Shown one piece after another: positions 25,363 to 37,551 of a stretch of 64,000 nucleotides of DNA. Every line of letters starts with the position of its first letter. The first letter of the stretch is position 1. A program made the position numbers and the translations under genes. Under the pieces are notes generated by a model, which worked only from the letters and a program-made list of their open reading frames with translations, searched no databases and was not told the origin of the DNA. Origin of the DNA: Macrostomum lignano (Eukaryota); contig NIVC01000056.1 in NCBI GenBank assembly GCA_002269645.1, forward strand, positions 310,001 through 374,000, written 5' to 3'.

Positions 25363-28300
25363 TCAACGATTCCTGGCCGGGCGCTTGCCGCGCACCACTG
25401 ACGGCTTCTGGCGCAGGGTGCCCACCTTGTTGCTAAGGGTCTTCCTAGTATTGAAGACTCGAACCCGGGACTTTGGCTGCTCGATCTTATTGCGATTTGG
25501 CGGCTGCTTCACCTTGTAGATCCGGACCATCCAGTGCTCGGAGGTGAACGCCTCCTCCAGGTGCTTCAATGTGAAGTGCTTGCGGCCGATCTCCGCATTC
25601 CGAGTTCGATCGAATCCTGGCGGAGTTCGAAAATCCGTCTGCATCTCGCCGAACCGATAATAGCTCATCTTGTACATCAGCGAGTTTAGCATGGTCTGCG
25701 AGGCCGAGCCGTCAATCTTGTACTCGCCCTGCGGAGTGAAATAGTCGCTCTCTTTGATGTCGCGCGGGTGCTCGCCCTCGGCGATGCGGACCATCCACAG
25801 GAACTTGTTGATGTCGTCGCCGGAGTAGCCGATGACGCCGCCGAATATGATGAGCACGTAGTCAACGTCCAGCATGCGCATGATCTTGTAGGCCTCTGTC
25901 TCGTTGCTGGCCATGGCCTTGCCGACCAGGGCGATGTGGCTGTTGTTCCACGTGTTGTTGTCAACCAGGGTGGTGCGGTTGGCCATGCCGGCGATCTGGT
26001 AGCCGTAGTCCCACCTGGGCGGTTGGGGGGGGGGCTTTTACATGGGGAATCAGTGGGGCTGGGAGGGCGGCTCTTTTATATGGGGAATCAGTGGGGCTGG
26101 GAGGGCGGCTCTTTTACATGGGGAATCAGTGGGGCTGGGAGGGCGGCTCTTTTATAATATGGGGAATCAGTGGGGCTGGGAGGGCGGCTGGGGAATCAGT
26201 GGGGCTTTTTATATGGGGAATCAGTGGGGCTGGGAGGGCGGCTCTTTCATGGGAAATGCTTGGTCCAAGACAGGTAATTGTCAAACGCCTCACCAGCTCA
26301 TAACCCGGGCCCTGTCGTGCGTGTTCCTCCGCAGCCAATAATAAGCTTCCCTGAAGTCGTCAAGAATCACCCGCGATCCGTCCTGATTGTAGCTGGCCAG
26401 CACAATGCTCGGGGACGAATAGGCATTGGAGGTGACCCAGGTGCAGTGCATGCAGAACAGCAGAATCACTATGACAAACACCAGCAGCACCACCGACTTC
26501 ACGTTCAAGCCGAGCACTTCGTCGTCGCGTCGATCGCCCTGAAATAGTTTAGCGACACGGGCCACTGCATCAATAAGGCGGGCTGGGGTAGGCAGTTTAC
26601 AGTACTGGCTTTGACATATGCTTATATTCTTAATCTCTGTCTCTCAGCCTTAAAACTTAAGCAGAGTTGGGCGTTCAAGATACAGCCACACCTGGCCACA
26701 CCTGGCGTATTGCTATCGGGGCGTTTAAAGTGAGAAAATTGTTAGTGTGTTTATAAAACGACTTACAGGGTATTAAGGAAGCGTTATTATCGGAGTCTTT
26801 AAGGAGCGGTTATCAGGGTGTTTAGGGAGCGGTTATCGGGGTGTTTAGGGAGCGGTTATCAGGGTGTTTAGGGAGCGGTTATCGGAGTCTTTAGAGAGCG
26901 GTTATCGGGGTGTTTAGGGAGCGGTTATCGGAGTCTTTAGGGAGCGGTTACCGGGGTATTTAGGGACTGTTTATCCAAGTGTTTAGGAAGCGCTTATCGG
27001 GGTGGATAACAAAGCCGTTTTACGGGGTGTTTAGCAAGCGATCCTCGAGAATCGAGCTGTTTCAACTATTAAGAAACTTCCCCAAACCGGAGCTTGGTGA
27101 GCATCGCTATACAGACACGGCATGACACGGCTAAATGAACGCACCTGCTGTCCCGTGGCGCTGACAGCCGAGGAGCCGCTGTCTCCCCTCTGCTTAATCT
27201 TGGGCTTGTCGTACAGATTGCGCGGCTCAGACGAAGCCGAACCGGCGCTAGAAGAGGCGCCGGCGGCCTGTTGGCGCCGTTTATTACCAGAGGCGCCAGA
27301 GCCGGCGCCAACAGCCGAAGAAGAATCGCCAGCGGCGCCAGCAGCAGCGCCGGGCTCGACCTCGTCTTTCAAGTAGATGTCAAACAGGCGCGAGAAGGCG
27401 ATGGCGGCCAGCACGCAGACGCAGGGGGTCAGCGTGAGCATCAGGCGGACCATCACGCCGGCGAAGTAGGAGGCGAACACGGCGTACAGGACGATGAAGA
27501 CGCGCTCATCGGTGAGATCCCGGATGCAGAACCAGGCGCCGGCAGGGTAGACGCAGACAAGGATGTGCAAGTCGAAGAAGAAGCTCACCCAGGGAGTTGG
27601 CTGGTGCTCGGAGACGCTGGCGATGATGGGGATGTGGATCTTGGCGTAGCCGGTGTCCCACAGGGAGTAGAACCGGCCGCTCCAGGGCGCCACGTAGCCC
27701 AGGTAGGTGAGGCCCACGACTGAGGCGAACACCAGGCCCGCCGCGGCCACCTGGCGTATGTTTGGGCGTTGGGGCGATTCTTGTAGCTGAGGCTAAGGGG
27801 CGATTCTTGAAGCTGAGGGGCGATTCTTGTAACTGAGGCTAAAGGGCGATTCTTGAAGCTTAGGGGCGATTCTTGAAGCTGAGGCTGAGGGGCGGCTCTT
27901 GTACCTGTGGCTAAGGGTCGATTCTTGTAACCGAGGCTGAAGGGCGATTCTTGTAACTGTGGCTAAGGGGCGATTCTTGTAACCGAGGCTAAGGGGCAAT
28001 TCTTGTAACTGAGGCTGAGGGGCGATTCTTGTAATGAGGCTGAGGGGCGATTCTTGTAACTGAGGCTGAGGGGCGATTCTTGTAGCTGAGGCTGAGGGGC
28101 GACTCTTGTAGCTGAGGCTAAAGGGCGATTCTTGAAGCTGAGGCTGAGGGGCGGTTCTTGTAACCGAGGCTAAAAGGCAATTCTTGTAACTGAGGCTGAG
28201 GGGCGATTCTTGTAATGAGGCTGAGGGGCAATTCTTGTAACTGAGGCTGAGGGGCGATTCTTGAAGCTGAGGCTGAGGGGCAGTTCTTGTAACCGAGGCT

Positions 28301-31300
28301 AAGGGGCAATTCTTGTAACTGAGGCTGAGGGGCGATTCTTGTAATGAGGCTGAGGGGCGATTCTTGTAGCTGAGGCTGAGGGGCGACTCTTGTAGCTGAG
28401 GCTAAAGGGCGATTCTTGAAGCTGAGGCTGAGGGGCGGTTCTTGTACCTGTGGCTAAGGGTCGATTCTTGTAACCGAGGCTGAGGGCGATTCTTGTAACT
28501 GTGGCTAAGAGGCGATTCTTGTAACTGAGGCTAAGGGGCAATTCTTGTAACCGAGGCTAAGGGGCAATTCTTGTAATGAGGCTGAGGGGCGATTCTTATA
28601 ACTGAGGCTAAGGGGCGATTCTTGTAATGAGGCTAAAGATGACGTCAAACTGAATTAAGCCAAAGATGTGGTTGTCATGGAAGTTTAGGCGAAGCAGCTC
28701 ACGGCGGACAGAAAGAAGAAATGCCGGAACTGGCTCTTGGTGAGGCTGTGCTGCAGGTAGCGCAGGGCAGCGTAGGCCTGCAGCAGTACAAACACGCCTG
28801 CGCTAGCCATGTGCTCGCTAGTTCTAATCGGCTGAAATCCCACAAATGGGATCTGCATGCTGAGCAGCAAGCCCAGAATGTAGAATGTAGTGTAGGCAAC
28901 GTAGATCCTGGCTGAGTAGCGCTGCATGAGCAGCAGAACGAACACGTGCAGCGGTACGAGATTGATGATGAACACGTAGCCACCCCAGGCTCCGACCATG
29001 TAGAAATAGGACACAGCAGCCATGGCCGCCCAGAATATGGTGCCGGTCTTCACCGCCTTGATCCACAGGTAGTAGGTGAACATCAGGGCGAAGATGGCGA
29101 TGCCCTCGTTGTCGTAGCTGCCGGCCACGGAGCGGCTGATGTAGCCGGGGACTGCGGATCGGCGAGGGGGAGGAGAGGGGAGGGCGATGCAACGGTGCAG
29201 TACCGGGTTCGACTCTTGTCGTACGGGGTAAGGCAAACTTAATCTCAGGGGCGGTGAGAGGAGGGAGAGAAGAGGAGGGAGAGAAGAGGAGGGAGAGAAG
29301 AGGAGGGAGAGAAGAGGAGGGAGAGAAGAGGAGGGAGAGGAGAGGAGGGATAGGAGAGGAGGGAGAGGAGAGGAGGGAGAGGAGAGGAGGGAGAGGAGAG
29401 GAGGGAGAGGAGAGGGGGAGATGAGAGAAGAGGAGATGAGGAGAGCAGAGAAGGAAGAGGAAAGGAGAGGAGGAGAGGAGGAAGAGGAGAGGAGAGGAGG
29501 GAGAGGAGAGAGGAAGAGAGGAGAGGAGGAGAGAAGAGGAGAGGAGGAGAGCAGAGAAGGAAGAGGAAAGGAGAGGAGGAGAGGAGAGGAGAGAGGAGGA
29601 GAGGAGAGGAGGAGAGAAGAGGAGAGGAGGAAGAGGCGTTTGCCAACCCCTGTTTTAATGTTTGCAGTGTCATTGGGCTAAATATTACTGGCAATGAGCT
29701 CATAGTAATATTATGAAATATGATTTCAATAAAATATCACAATCGCTTACCAATCGCAATAAAGCAGGCTGCAAAAAGTCCAGCGCCTCCATTCCAGAGT
29801 TCTTTGGTTAGCAGATAGGTAGCGATGGCAGTCATGCCACTGAAGATTGGCGCCAGAAAGACGCACACTTCACGGATGTGCACAGGAATGTTTAGCAGGC
29901 TCAGCACATAGTGGATGAAGCCTACAATGTGTTATTGATGGGCTATGTTTTATAAATAAATACTTTTATAATAAACTACCATGATAAATTGCCTTTTTTA
30001 TTTTTATAGCTCAAAACCATATTTAGATTAGTAAGTTTTTAATAAAATAAACAATTAATTCTAAAGTCAAAACTTTACATTTTCAAATTTAAAATAAAAT
30101 ATGAATTGAAATACTTAGTAATTCAAGTACTTCAAGTAAAAGAAATCTATTCTTTTTAGCTATCAACATGCAGCATGCAGAAATATTAATTAGCCTAATT
30201 AAAGAATTGGGATTGGTATTTTAAATGCAAAAATTGCTAAAGGCTCATTCCATATAAGATGGACATATTTGGAAAATAGAAAAAAGTCAATATTTTTGCT
30301 TGCCATTGCCTAATTAGCCTATTTTTTTACCAAATGTTTATATTGTGCAATATATACAATCTAAGAATAAAGGAATGGTAAAATGTTGGATTAGTATGTT
30401 ATCAATTGGCAAAAAGTCATTTTTGTAAAAATTTGGACATTTTTCGAAGCAAAAGACATCATTAAGATTTTGTACCTTTTAAAAACAAATAGAAAGCTTT
30501 TGAAGGTTGAAACAAACTATAGATAAAAGTATAGTACTTGCATCATCAGATAAAAGCATTGGTGACCAAATAATCTATTATATTTTTAATGTATTAGTAC
30601 CTCAAAGTTACTGAATTGACAGAAAAAAATATGTTACGACCATAATGTTACGACCATAAGGCTGCCTTTTCTTTTGTATCTTTGTTGCCTTTGAGTTTAT
30701 ATATTCTAATAAAAGAGTATGATTTCTAAAGATGTTCTTAGTCAAATTTTAAAAATGTATTGCAAAATATCAAAAATGAAAAATGTTATAAGACTTTTAC
30801 CTTTTAGTTTCTATATGTCAAAAATCCTGTCGTTACGACCATAAGTGTCATTTAAGGTTTAATAGCATCTATACTAATGATGATATCTATATGAAACTCT
30901 ATAAATATATTCTAGACAAAATAATCTTTCATTTAAAATATTGGTTTAGTATATTCTATTATTAGATTTCATTTTATAAGTAAAAATAACCTGTCATGTT
31001 ACGACCATGCTTATATGGAATGAGCCTAAAATTCTAAAGTGCTACATTTACACTTAAAATATGTTTTCATTTTAAGGTACATTTTTATAAATATCAAAGG
31101 TGTTTTTGCAAATAGCAGTCTTGCCAGAAATGGTTAGTTCCAAGGTGCACTTAAAGCTCAATTGTTTATAGAAACAAAAAGACTAGCTGTGTTTAATATA
31201 CTTTAAGCATTTTTCTAATACAATTTGATATTTAGCCACAATATAGGCCCCTAAGGGCTAACAACCTTAAAGTCCCATAGGAATTAAACATTTGCTTTCT

Positions 31301-33052
31301 TGACTTGAATGAAAATCTCTCTAAAAGAAACACTTTTGGTTTAGGCTAAACTATTTAGTTTTGCAACTCTAAATCTAAAAAGCTTAATACTTTACAGTTA
31401 CTATAAAACTATTTTGGATCGAGAAATTATCAATATTCTAGAGATAATTGTATATATATACAAGGGGTTATCCCAAAAGTTCCTGGAATTTTTTCTCTAG
31501 CTCCTTTGTACTTTGACCATTTTTTGTTCAATGAGTCAAACTAAGGATAATTTTTCAACAAAAGAACTTGTTTTTTGAATTTCTTTTTTATTGAGTTTAG
31601 GTTAAGAGTTATACTAGAAAATATGAAAGAAAGTCAATATTAACATTTCACAACCTCAAATGTCTAGTGTCCTTTTTCTATTATCATTTTTTGCAAATGT
31701 TAACTTTGTATGTGTCGGAAAGATATGAAAATGTCTATGGATAAAACTAGTATAACTGCACTAGCACAATATCTAGTGCAATTGTATTAGAAAAAGTACT
31801 AGCATAAGTTTATATGCATACCTGGCATATGCTTTATGTATTCATATGGAAGAGTTCCTTTGGTTAAGTGAAAAAATATTATGAAGTTCTTGTAACTTAG
31901 GGCTGAAAATTATTTAGCATTAAATTTAGGATTTCTAGTTTTTGTAAACTTGTATTAGTGCATTTTAACACATCTTCATGATTTTTTTATTTTTTAGCAA
32001 AAGAAATTATAAACCTAAAAATTAGAATTCTTAAACTAGTTTTAATTTTTTATGCAATTGAATTTACATTGGCTAGTACTTTTATTTTTTTAGTTGGTAT
32101 ACAATCAAAACAATATGATATACATTGGCATGTATTTGTATTTGTTCAATTTTTGTTCAGCCATACACCTAGCATGATCTAGACTATGGCATAAACCTAA
32201 TACTTTGGAAGACTCTGTATGTAGCCTAGAAAAAATATTTTTTGGTATAGGCATATGCCAATATATATAAAAAATTTATTAGGCCTAAAGATTTTTCATA
32301 ATTATTTTCTAATTTATCAATTTATATTATCAATTTTAAAACTTTTTTTTGCTAGACTAAGGATTTTGATATTTCAATAAAAGAATAAAAGCTAAAAACT
32401 AAAAAGAATTGTTTAATTTGTATAAAGTTTTATATAGTTAAAGAAAAAAAGTAAACTTGGTATCTTGGATTCTTGCCAGTTTTTGGCACTTTTAAAATTG
32501 AGATTCAATCAATTATCAAGTCAAGATTTAAATTAATTAAAAATATCAAATTCTAAACATAAGATTATGATCTTATTTGACTTTTAATTTATATATACCT
32601 AGATTGTTCAAAATCATAATGCCTACATGGATATTGCCTTAAAGACAAAATAATAAAGAAGAAAGTCAAAGAGTTTCTAAATATATTTTTTGAGTATTAG
32701 TAATTAGTTTCTAATTTGGATGAAAAGATAATATATAATTCAAAATTAAAATAACAATAGAACACTTACCAGATGTTACCATTAGTCCTGGATATACAGT
32801 GCCACCAACAATGCGACCCAATGGATACCAGGCTCGTTCATCAAACCAGTTAAGGAATTCATAGAATCCATTCTCAACCATATGAGCAGTAGAGCGATAA
32901 TTGAACCAGGGATCAAACTCATGAATGATGCTTTCATATCTAATCACACTAAACAATCTTGAGCTAAAACCAGCAATCCAGGCAAGACCAAGCACAAAAA
33001 CAGTAATCAAACTGGTCCATCCAGTAGCTCCAATTTGAAGACCTTCACCCAT
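25363..33052 (-). CDS. STT3B: Oligosaccharyltransferase catalytic subunit STT3B (801 aa)
   Basis: complement join(32770..33052,29751..29921,28703..29151,27145..27750,26294..26538,25363..26014) = 2406 nt. Motifs: [68 protein letters not shown] (split by the last intron), DINKFLWM. Confidence 0.97.
26031..26248. repeat. About 39-bp minisatellite ATGGGGAATCAGTGGGGCTGGGAGGGCGGCTCTTTT, STT3B intron 5
   Basis: Direct reading. Confidence 0.92.
26800..27000. repeat. 23-bp minisatellite TTTAGGGAGCGGTTATCGGGGTG, STT3B intron 4
   Basis: Direct reading. Confidence 0.9.
27770..28640. repeat. About 26-bp minisatellite GAGGCTGAGGGGCGATTCTTGTAACT, STT3B intron 3
   Basis: Direct reading; fills almost the whole intron. 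Confidence 0.95.
29255..29632. repeat. Polypurine (GA-only) low-complexity tract, STT3B intron 2
   Basis: Direct reading; it is a pyrimidine tract on the sense strand. Confidence 0.95.
30242..31026. mobile_element. Non-autonomous DNA transposon (MITE-like), 785 bp
   Basis: Terminal inverted repeats GGCTCATTCCATATAAG (30242-30258) and CTTATATGGAATGAGCC (31010-31026), with TAAA on both flanks. The internal motif GTTACGACCAT occurs four times. Superfamily not determined. Confidence 0.75.
31459..31490 (+). mobile_element. Single mariner-like terminal repeat remnant
   Basis: TA-CAAGGGGTTATCCCAAAAGTTCCTGGAAT resembles mariner-type ends. No partner repeat was found. Confidence 0.4.
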
Positions 33053-33099
33053 TACAAGTTTGTTCAGCTTTACAAATGCCTTCAAATTTATTTAATCTA

Positions 33100-33830
33100 A
33101 AAGTGATTGTAAGGATTCCGTCTAATTTTAAATCACTACTTTAAACGGTGTCTTCGTATCAACTCTCGGTAAATTAAGTGTTCAACACAAATTCCTCTAA
33201 CGAGGTTGTTTTAGGATAATTTCAGGTATGACGAAAATAAGTTTATGGGTGGTTAATCATTCTTTACGAATACTAAATAAACAATTTAAAACTATCTCGT
33301 ATACTAGAAACTAGAAAGTTAGAGAAACGTCTCGTAAAGCCTAAAGCCAAAGGTAGTTTAGTCCAGTTCAGAAATTTCAGAAGAAATCTGACTGATTTAA
33401 AAGGAAAAAGATTAATATTTTAATTTAAATTGCTGCAAAATCGTGGTGTAGCCCCAGAGAACATTAGTAACAGTATTTTAATTAGAAAGGTTTAAAAAAC
33501 AAGCTTATATTATTTTATCCTTTTAAACTAATAACTTAGTCATTTAATACAATAATAATCTTGGCTGTTTGCTTTTACCGTGCGAAAACTTTCAAAACAG
33601 GTTTTTGGTGCGTCTTTCTTAGAATGAAGTTGTGTTGTCTCGAAATTCAACGACAAAGCTGTTGCGCAATGTTTCTGCTTTACAGTATACAGTGACTGGC
33701 CAAATAACAAGTGCCAATGGCAATGATAAATTAAATAGAAGCAAATATTTTTATTTTACAGTCAGTTATTATTAGATACCGGGCTGAAATACATTTATCA
33801 TATGAGTCTGAGTCAAAGTGTATTGGCGAG
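33100..33830. promoter_or_regulatory. Putative bidirectional promoter of STT3B and DDX21 (CpG-retaining island)
   Basis: Lies between head-to-head start codons (33052 - and 37552 +). About 19 CpGs in about 700 bp by eye, against very few in the flanking kilobases. Confidence 0.6.
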
Positions 33831-34061
33831 AAATACATTGTGCTTTCCAATTCATCCCAGCATTTGGTATTCATGAATAATGTCTGATGATGACAGGCAT
33901 CAGGTCCAGGCTGAGGCTTTGGATTTGTGTTGAACTAAATGTTGATTCATGGATAGCACCTTTGGCCTAGTGATGATGCTTTTTATACAAATCAATATTA
34001 AAATATTATTATTATTAATATTGATTTATTATTATTATTAAATCCATACTAAAAAAGAAAA

Positions 34062-34326
34062 TTGGCAATGTCCTAGTTTCCCGCGTTAAATTATTCTTTT
34101 GACCTAAAATAAGTGAAACAAACAAACAAAAGCAAGTTTATTCAAGATTTAAAATGAGTCTTAGGTATTAAAAGGAGTAGTACAGGGTGTAGTGTAGTAA
34201 TGTGTCAGCCAGTACAGAAAGTTGCCAAAGCTCTTTTTGGGTAGTTCCCTAGAGTCAGCACCAGAGAAACTTGCTAAGGTGGGAGTCAAAAATGTAATTT
34301 AACGCGGGAAAGTAGGACATTGCCAA
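34062..34326. mobile_element. MITE-like element, about 265 bp
   Basis: 32-bp inverted repeats TTGGCAATGTCCTAGTTTCCCGCGTTAAATTA (34062-34093) and TAATTTAACGCGGGAAAGTAGGACATTGCCAA (34295-34326), with one mismatch. No clear target-site duplication. Confidence 0.75.
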
Positions 34327-37300
34327 AAAATCTTGCTTGCTTGCTTGCTGCCTTGCTTGCTTGTACGCAGGTCTAAACCATTTATAAACCATGCTAGTCA
34401 GTCATTAGTAGTGTTCCACCATAGCTATGGCTATGGGTATCAATTGTTTCAGTGATAGACATTCTTGTGACAAATATTCTATTCATTTTGGTGACAAGTT
34501 GCTTTTGTTATAGACACTATTTTTATAAAAATTAAAGACTATAAGTATAGTCATTGTAATGACAAGAGGTGCTTCATAATATCAGCTTATAGTTCTGATA
34601 TACAGAAGGCCATTGGCCATGACTATCCAACATGAAAAAGTGACTTTTTTTACATTTCTACTTTTAAGCCATAATAGCCATCTCTATAGTCAATCTATTA
34701 AATCAATATAAGAATAAAAGTAAACAATTTTAATTTTTTATACAAAAGCATTTGAACAATGTCAATATGCCACTTTTAGTTTTTAGATTGACTAAAGCAA
34801 AATAATAGTCTTATTGAGCTTTTTAAAATTGATTTAACCATTCTAATTATAAGTATAGACCTGGCATTCCAGACTTATTGCACAAAAAAGTTCAAAGCCC
34901 CAAGGCCTAGCTTTATTTTTTTTACCTATCTAGATATTATATAAAGTGCAAGTCACCTTAAAGTGTTTTAATATTGACTAAGCCTATTTTTGTTAGGCTA
35001 TAAATTTTAGTTCTTTTCACATTTTCCTTATTTTTTATCCCTTGTCTATAGGCCTATAATGCTTTCTTATATATTATTTCCTATTTATTTGATAGGCTTT
35101 ATCCTAGACTAGGCCCTATTTGGCCTAAGCCTAGTAATTTATAATATATAGAGTTTTCATAGGCCTATTTCATCAATCAAATATACAGATAATAGACCTT
35201 ATAGGTTGAAATGTGTTGGTTTTTTGTAATCAACATTGATTTTAATTCGAATTCATTGGGATATGGATAGGTGTCTATCTGGTGTAGAAAAGGGGATATC
35301 TATTATCTATTATAACTAGGCCTAATATTCTGCCATAGGGGGGTCCATATACTGTAGCCATAAGCACAACTATGGCTTCTTTCAATTCTCCATATTTCAT
35401 AGCCATTGGGACCCCAATATTACCATTTTCCCATAGTTCCTATAGCCATAGCTATAGTTTTAACAAAAAGTCTAAGAAATAAAATAGTTTGAATCAAGAG
35501 GATAACTTGGAACTTAAACTATTACAAATAAAGATAAACTCAAACTAACACTCAACTGCCTTTTGTACGATTACATTTGAATCTAGCTACTAAAAAGTAG
35601 CACTATTGAACATTTTAACTTTGATAAAAAATTGCTAGTTTTATTGTACTATATTAGTTATAATTTTTTAGTTTTTGAATCTATGATACAATTTTTACTA
35701 AGTATCTTAGTTTTATTTTACCTCTTAATATTTTTTTTTCAATTTATAATTACAACTACAAGAATCTACAAAATGTGACTGCAATTATTATATTTCCATA
35801 GCTATAGCTATAAGAACACCTATCTACCATAGGCTATCCTTGGTATCTGTAGCTACTAGAAGCATCTAATTCTACTATATATGCCATAGGATCCCTTAGC
35901 CATGGATTATAGTCATTTTGGTGACAAGAAAAATATTCTTTGGTAATAGCCATTTCATTTTTAAATAGTAAATTTACTTGCAAATTTTAAGGTAAATCAA
36001 ACCTTAACTTTTTAATTATTTTCTGCAATGGTTGAATATTGCTTTATTTAATTTTGTTTATTTACAATTCCAGAGTTATGATCTTTTTGAATTTATGTTT
36101 TCCAATCTAAATCCAATTATGTTTAATGAATAATGAATATCTCTGCTTTTTTCATAGTCAGCATTTCATGAGGATTCTTTATAGTTTATGGATTAAGGCC
36201 TATGTGTTTAAATATGAATATTATGCCTACAAGACAATTCAAAATGATTGACATAGAAAGAAAACCATTAGTTTGATTTTTTTAATTATATATACTAGGC
36301 TTAATCTTTTGATTTGATGGAAATTTTCAAATATGAATAAAATATAAATCTTAAAAAAATAATTACTTGAATGTTAAAATTAAAAAATCCACACATTTCT
36401 TTTGTGAAAATTTAAATTTATGTTTTTTTCATAGAACTCATTTTTAGTATTTGCAGTTTTTATTGCATTCTATTTGTTCTTTGGAAATTGGATTGGGGTT
36501 TTATATGCATTGTCAAATTGATTCAAATTGTTAATTATTAAGATAATATTTGCACCTGTAAACTAAAAAAAATACAATAAAAATTTGGCAGGAATTTGAT
36601 TTTTTTTCAAAGAAAACCATCTGGACTATTATACTTGTAAGTTGATTTTAAAGAAAAAAACAGAACTGTTTCTCAAGAACAGGATTAAACAAATGTAACT
36701 TCACTACATTTATATTCAGTTAATAAAAAATAATTATTTTCTAATTTGTAGTTTTTAATTTGTTAAGTTGAAAATCATAAGGTGCAACAAGTGAAGATTG
36801 TTTTGTGCATTATAAAAAATTGCATAGTTCTATTGGACATGCCAAATACAATAATTTCATCCTGTCTTATGACTTTCTTTGCTGCCTCCCCAGTGGGAGA
36901 TAATAAGATTGCTAGTGATCTCATAAAGGGCCAATGCAACCCCCAGGGCACAGAGAGTGTACAGTCTGACAATTAGGTCAGGACTGATGTACACCCTGTG
37001 TGAGCTTGTGTATGAGCGCATGCCTGCATACAGTATTGACATCTTGTATGTGTTCAGGAGTCAGTGGAATTTGCGTGCAAGCTACTTTCAGTTCAGTAGT
37101 GGGTTAAACAGAAGCATTTTAATGTTATTTTTTAAGCCATGGCTCATTTATGGCTCTTACCTCCCCTAACTTAAATGCACCTCCAACTGCCCCTTTTCAC
37201 ACTACCCCCGTCGCACCCCAATTTTTATTGCCTTTCTGAGAGTTCCAGCCTAAAGCTGCCATGTACATTTTAGTGGATGGGCTAATGTACATTACTGCTG

Positions 37301-37551
37301 AACCAATTAGCAAGATGTTTACATCTGCAAACTTATCAAAGTCATTTTAGCCACCTTTATTTTCATAAAATAGCTTATGTATTCTTCTTTGCTACTGAAC
37401 TGTAAGTAGAAAGCTGTTTTACTAAGCATATATGCCTGAGTAGCCCATCGAGTCCTTTTAGAATCTGTGGAGTGCTCACAGCTTTCATTTGTAATAATAT
37501 TATATTTATTTAAACAGCATTTCCAAACGAATTTGTTTCCAGCAGGGCAAC

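Noticed and set aside
36775-37170. CpG-poor segment with short overlapping ORFs resembling a decayed transposase
   Set aside because: No diagnostic motif could be assigned.
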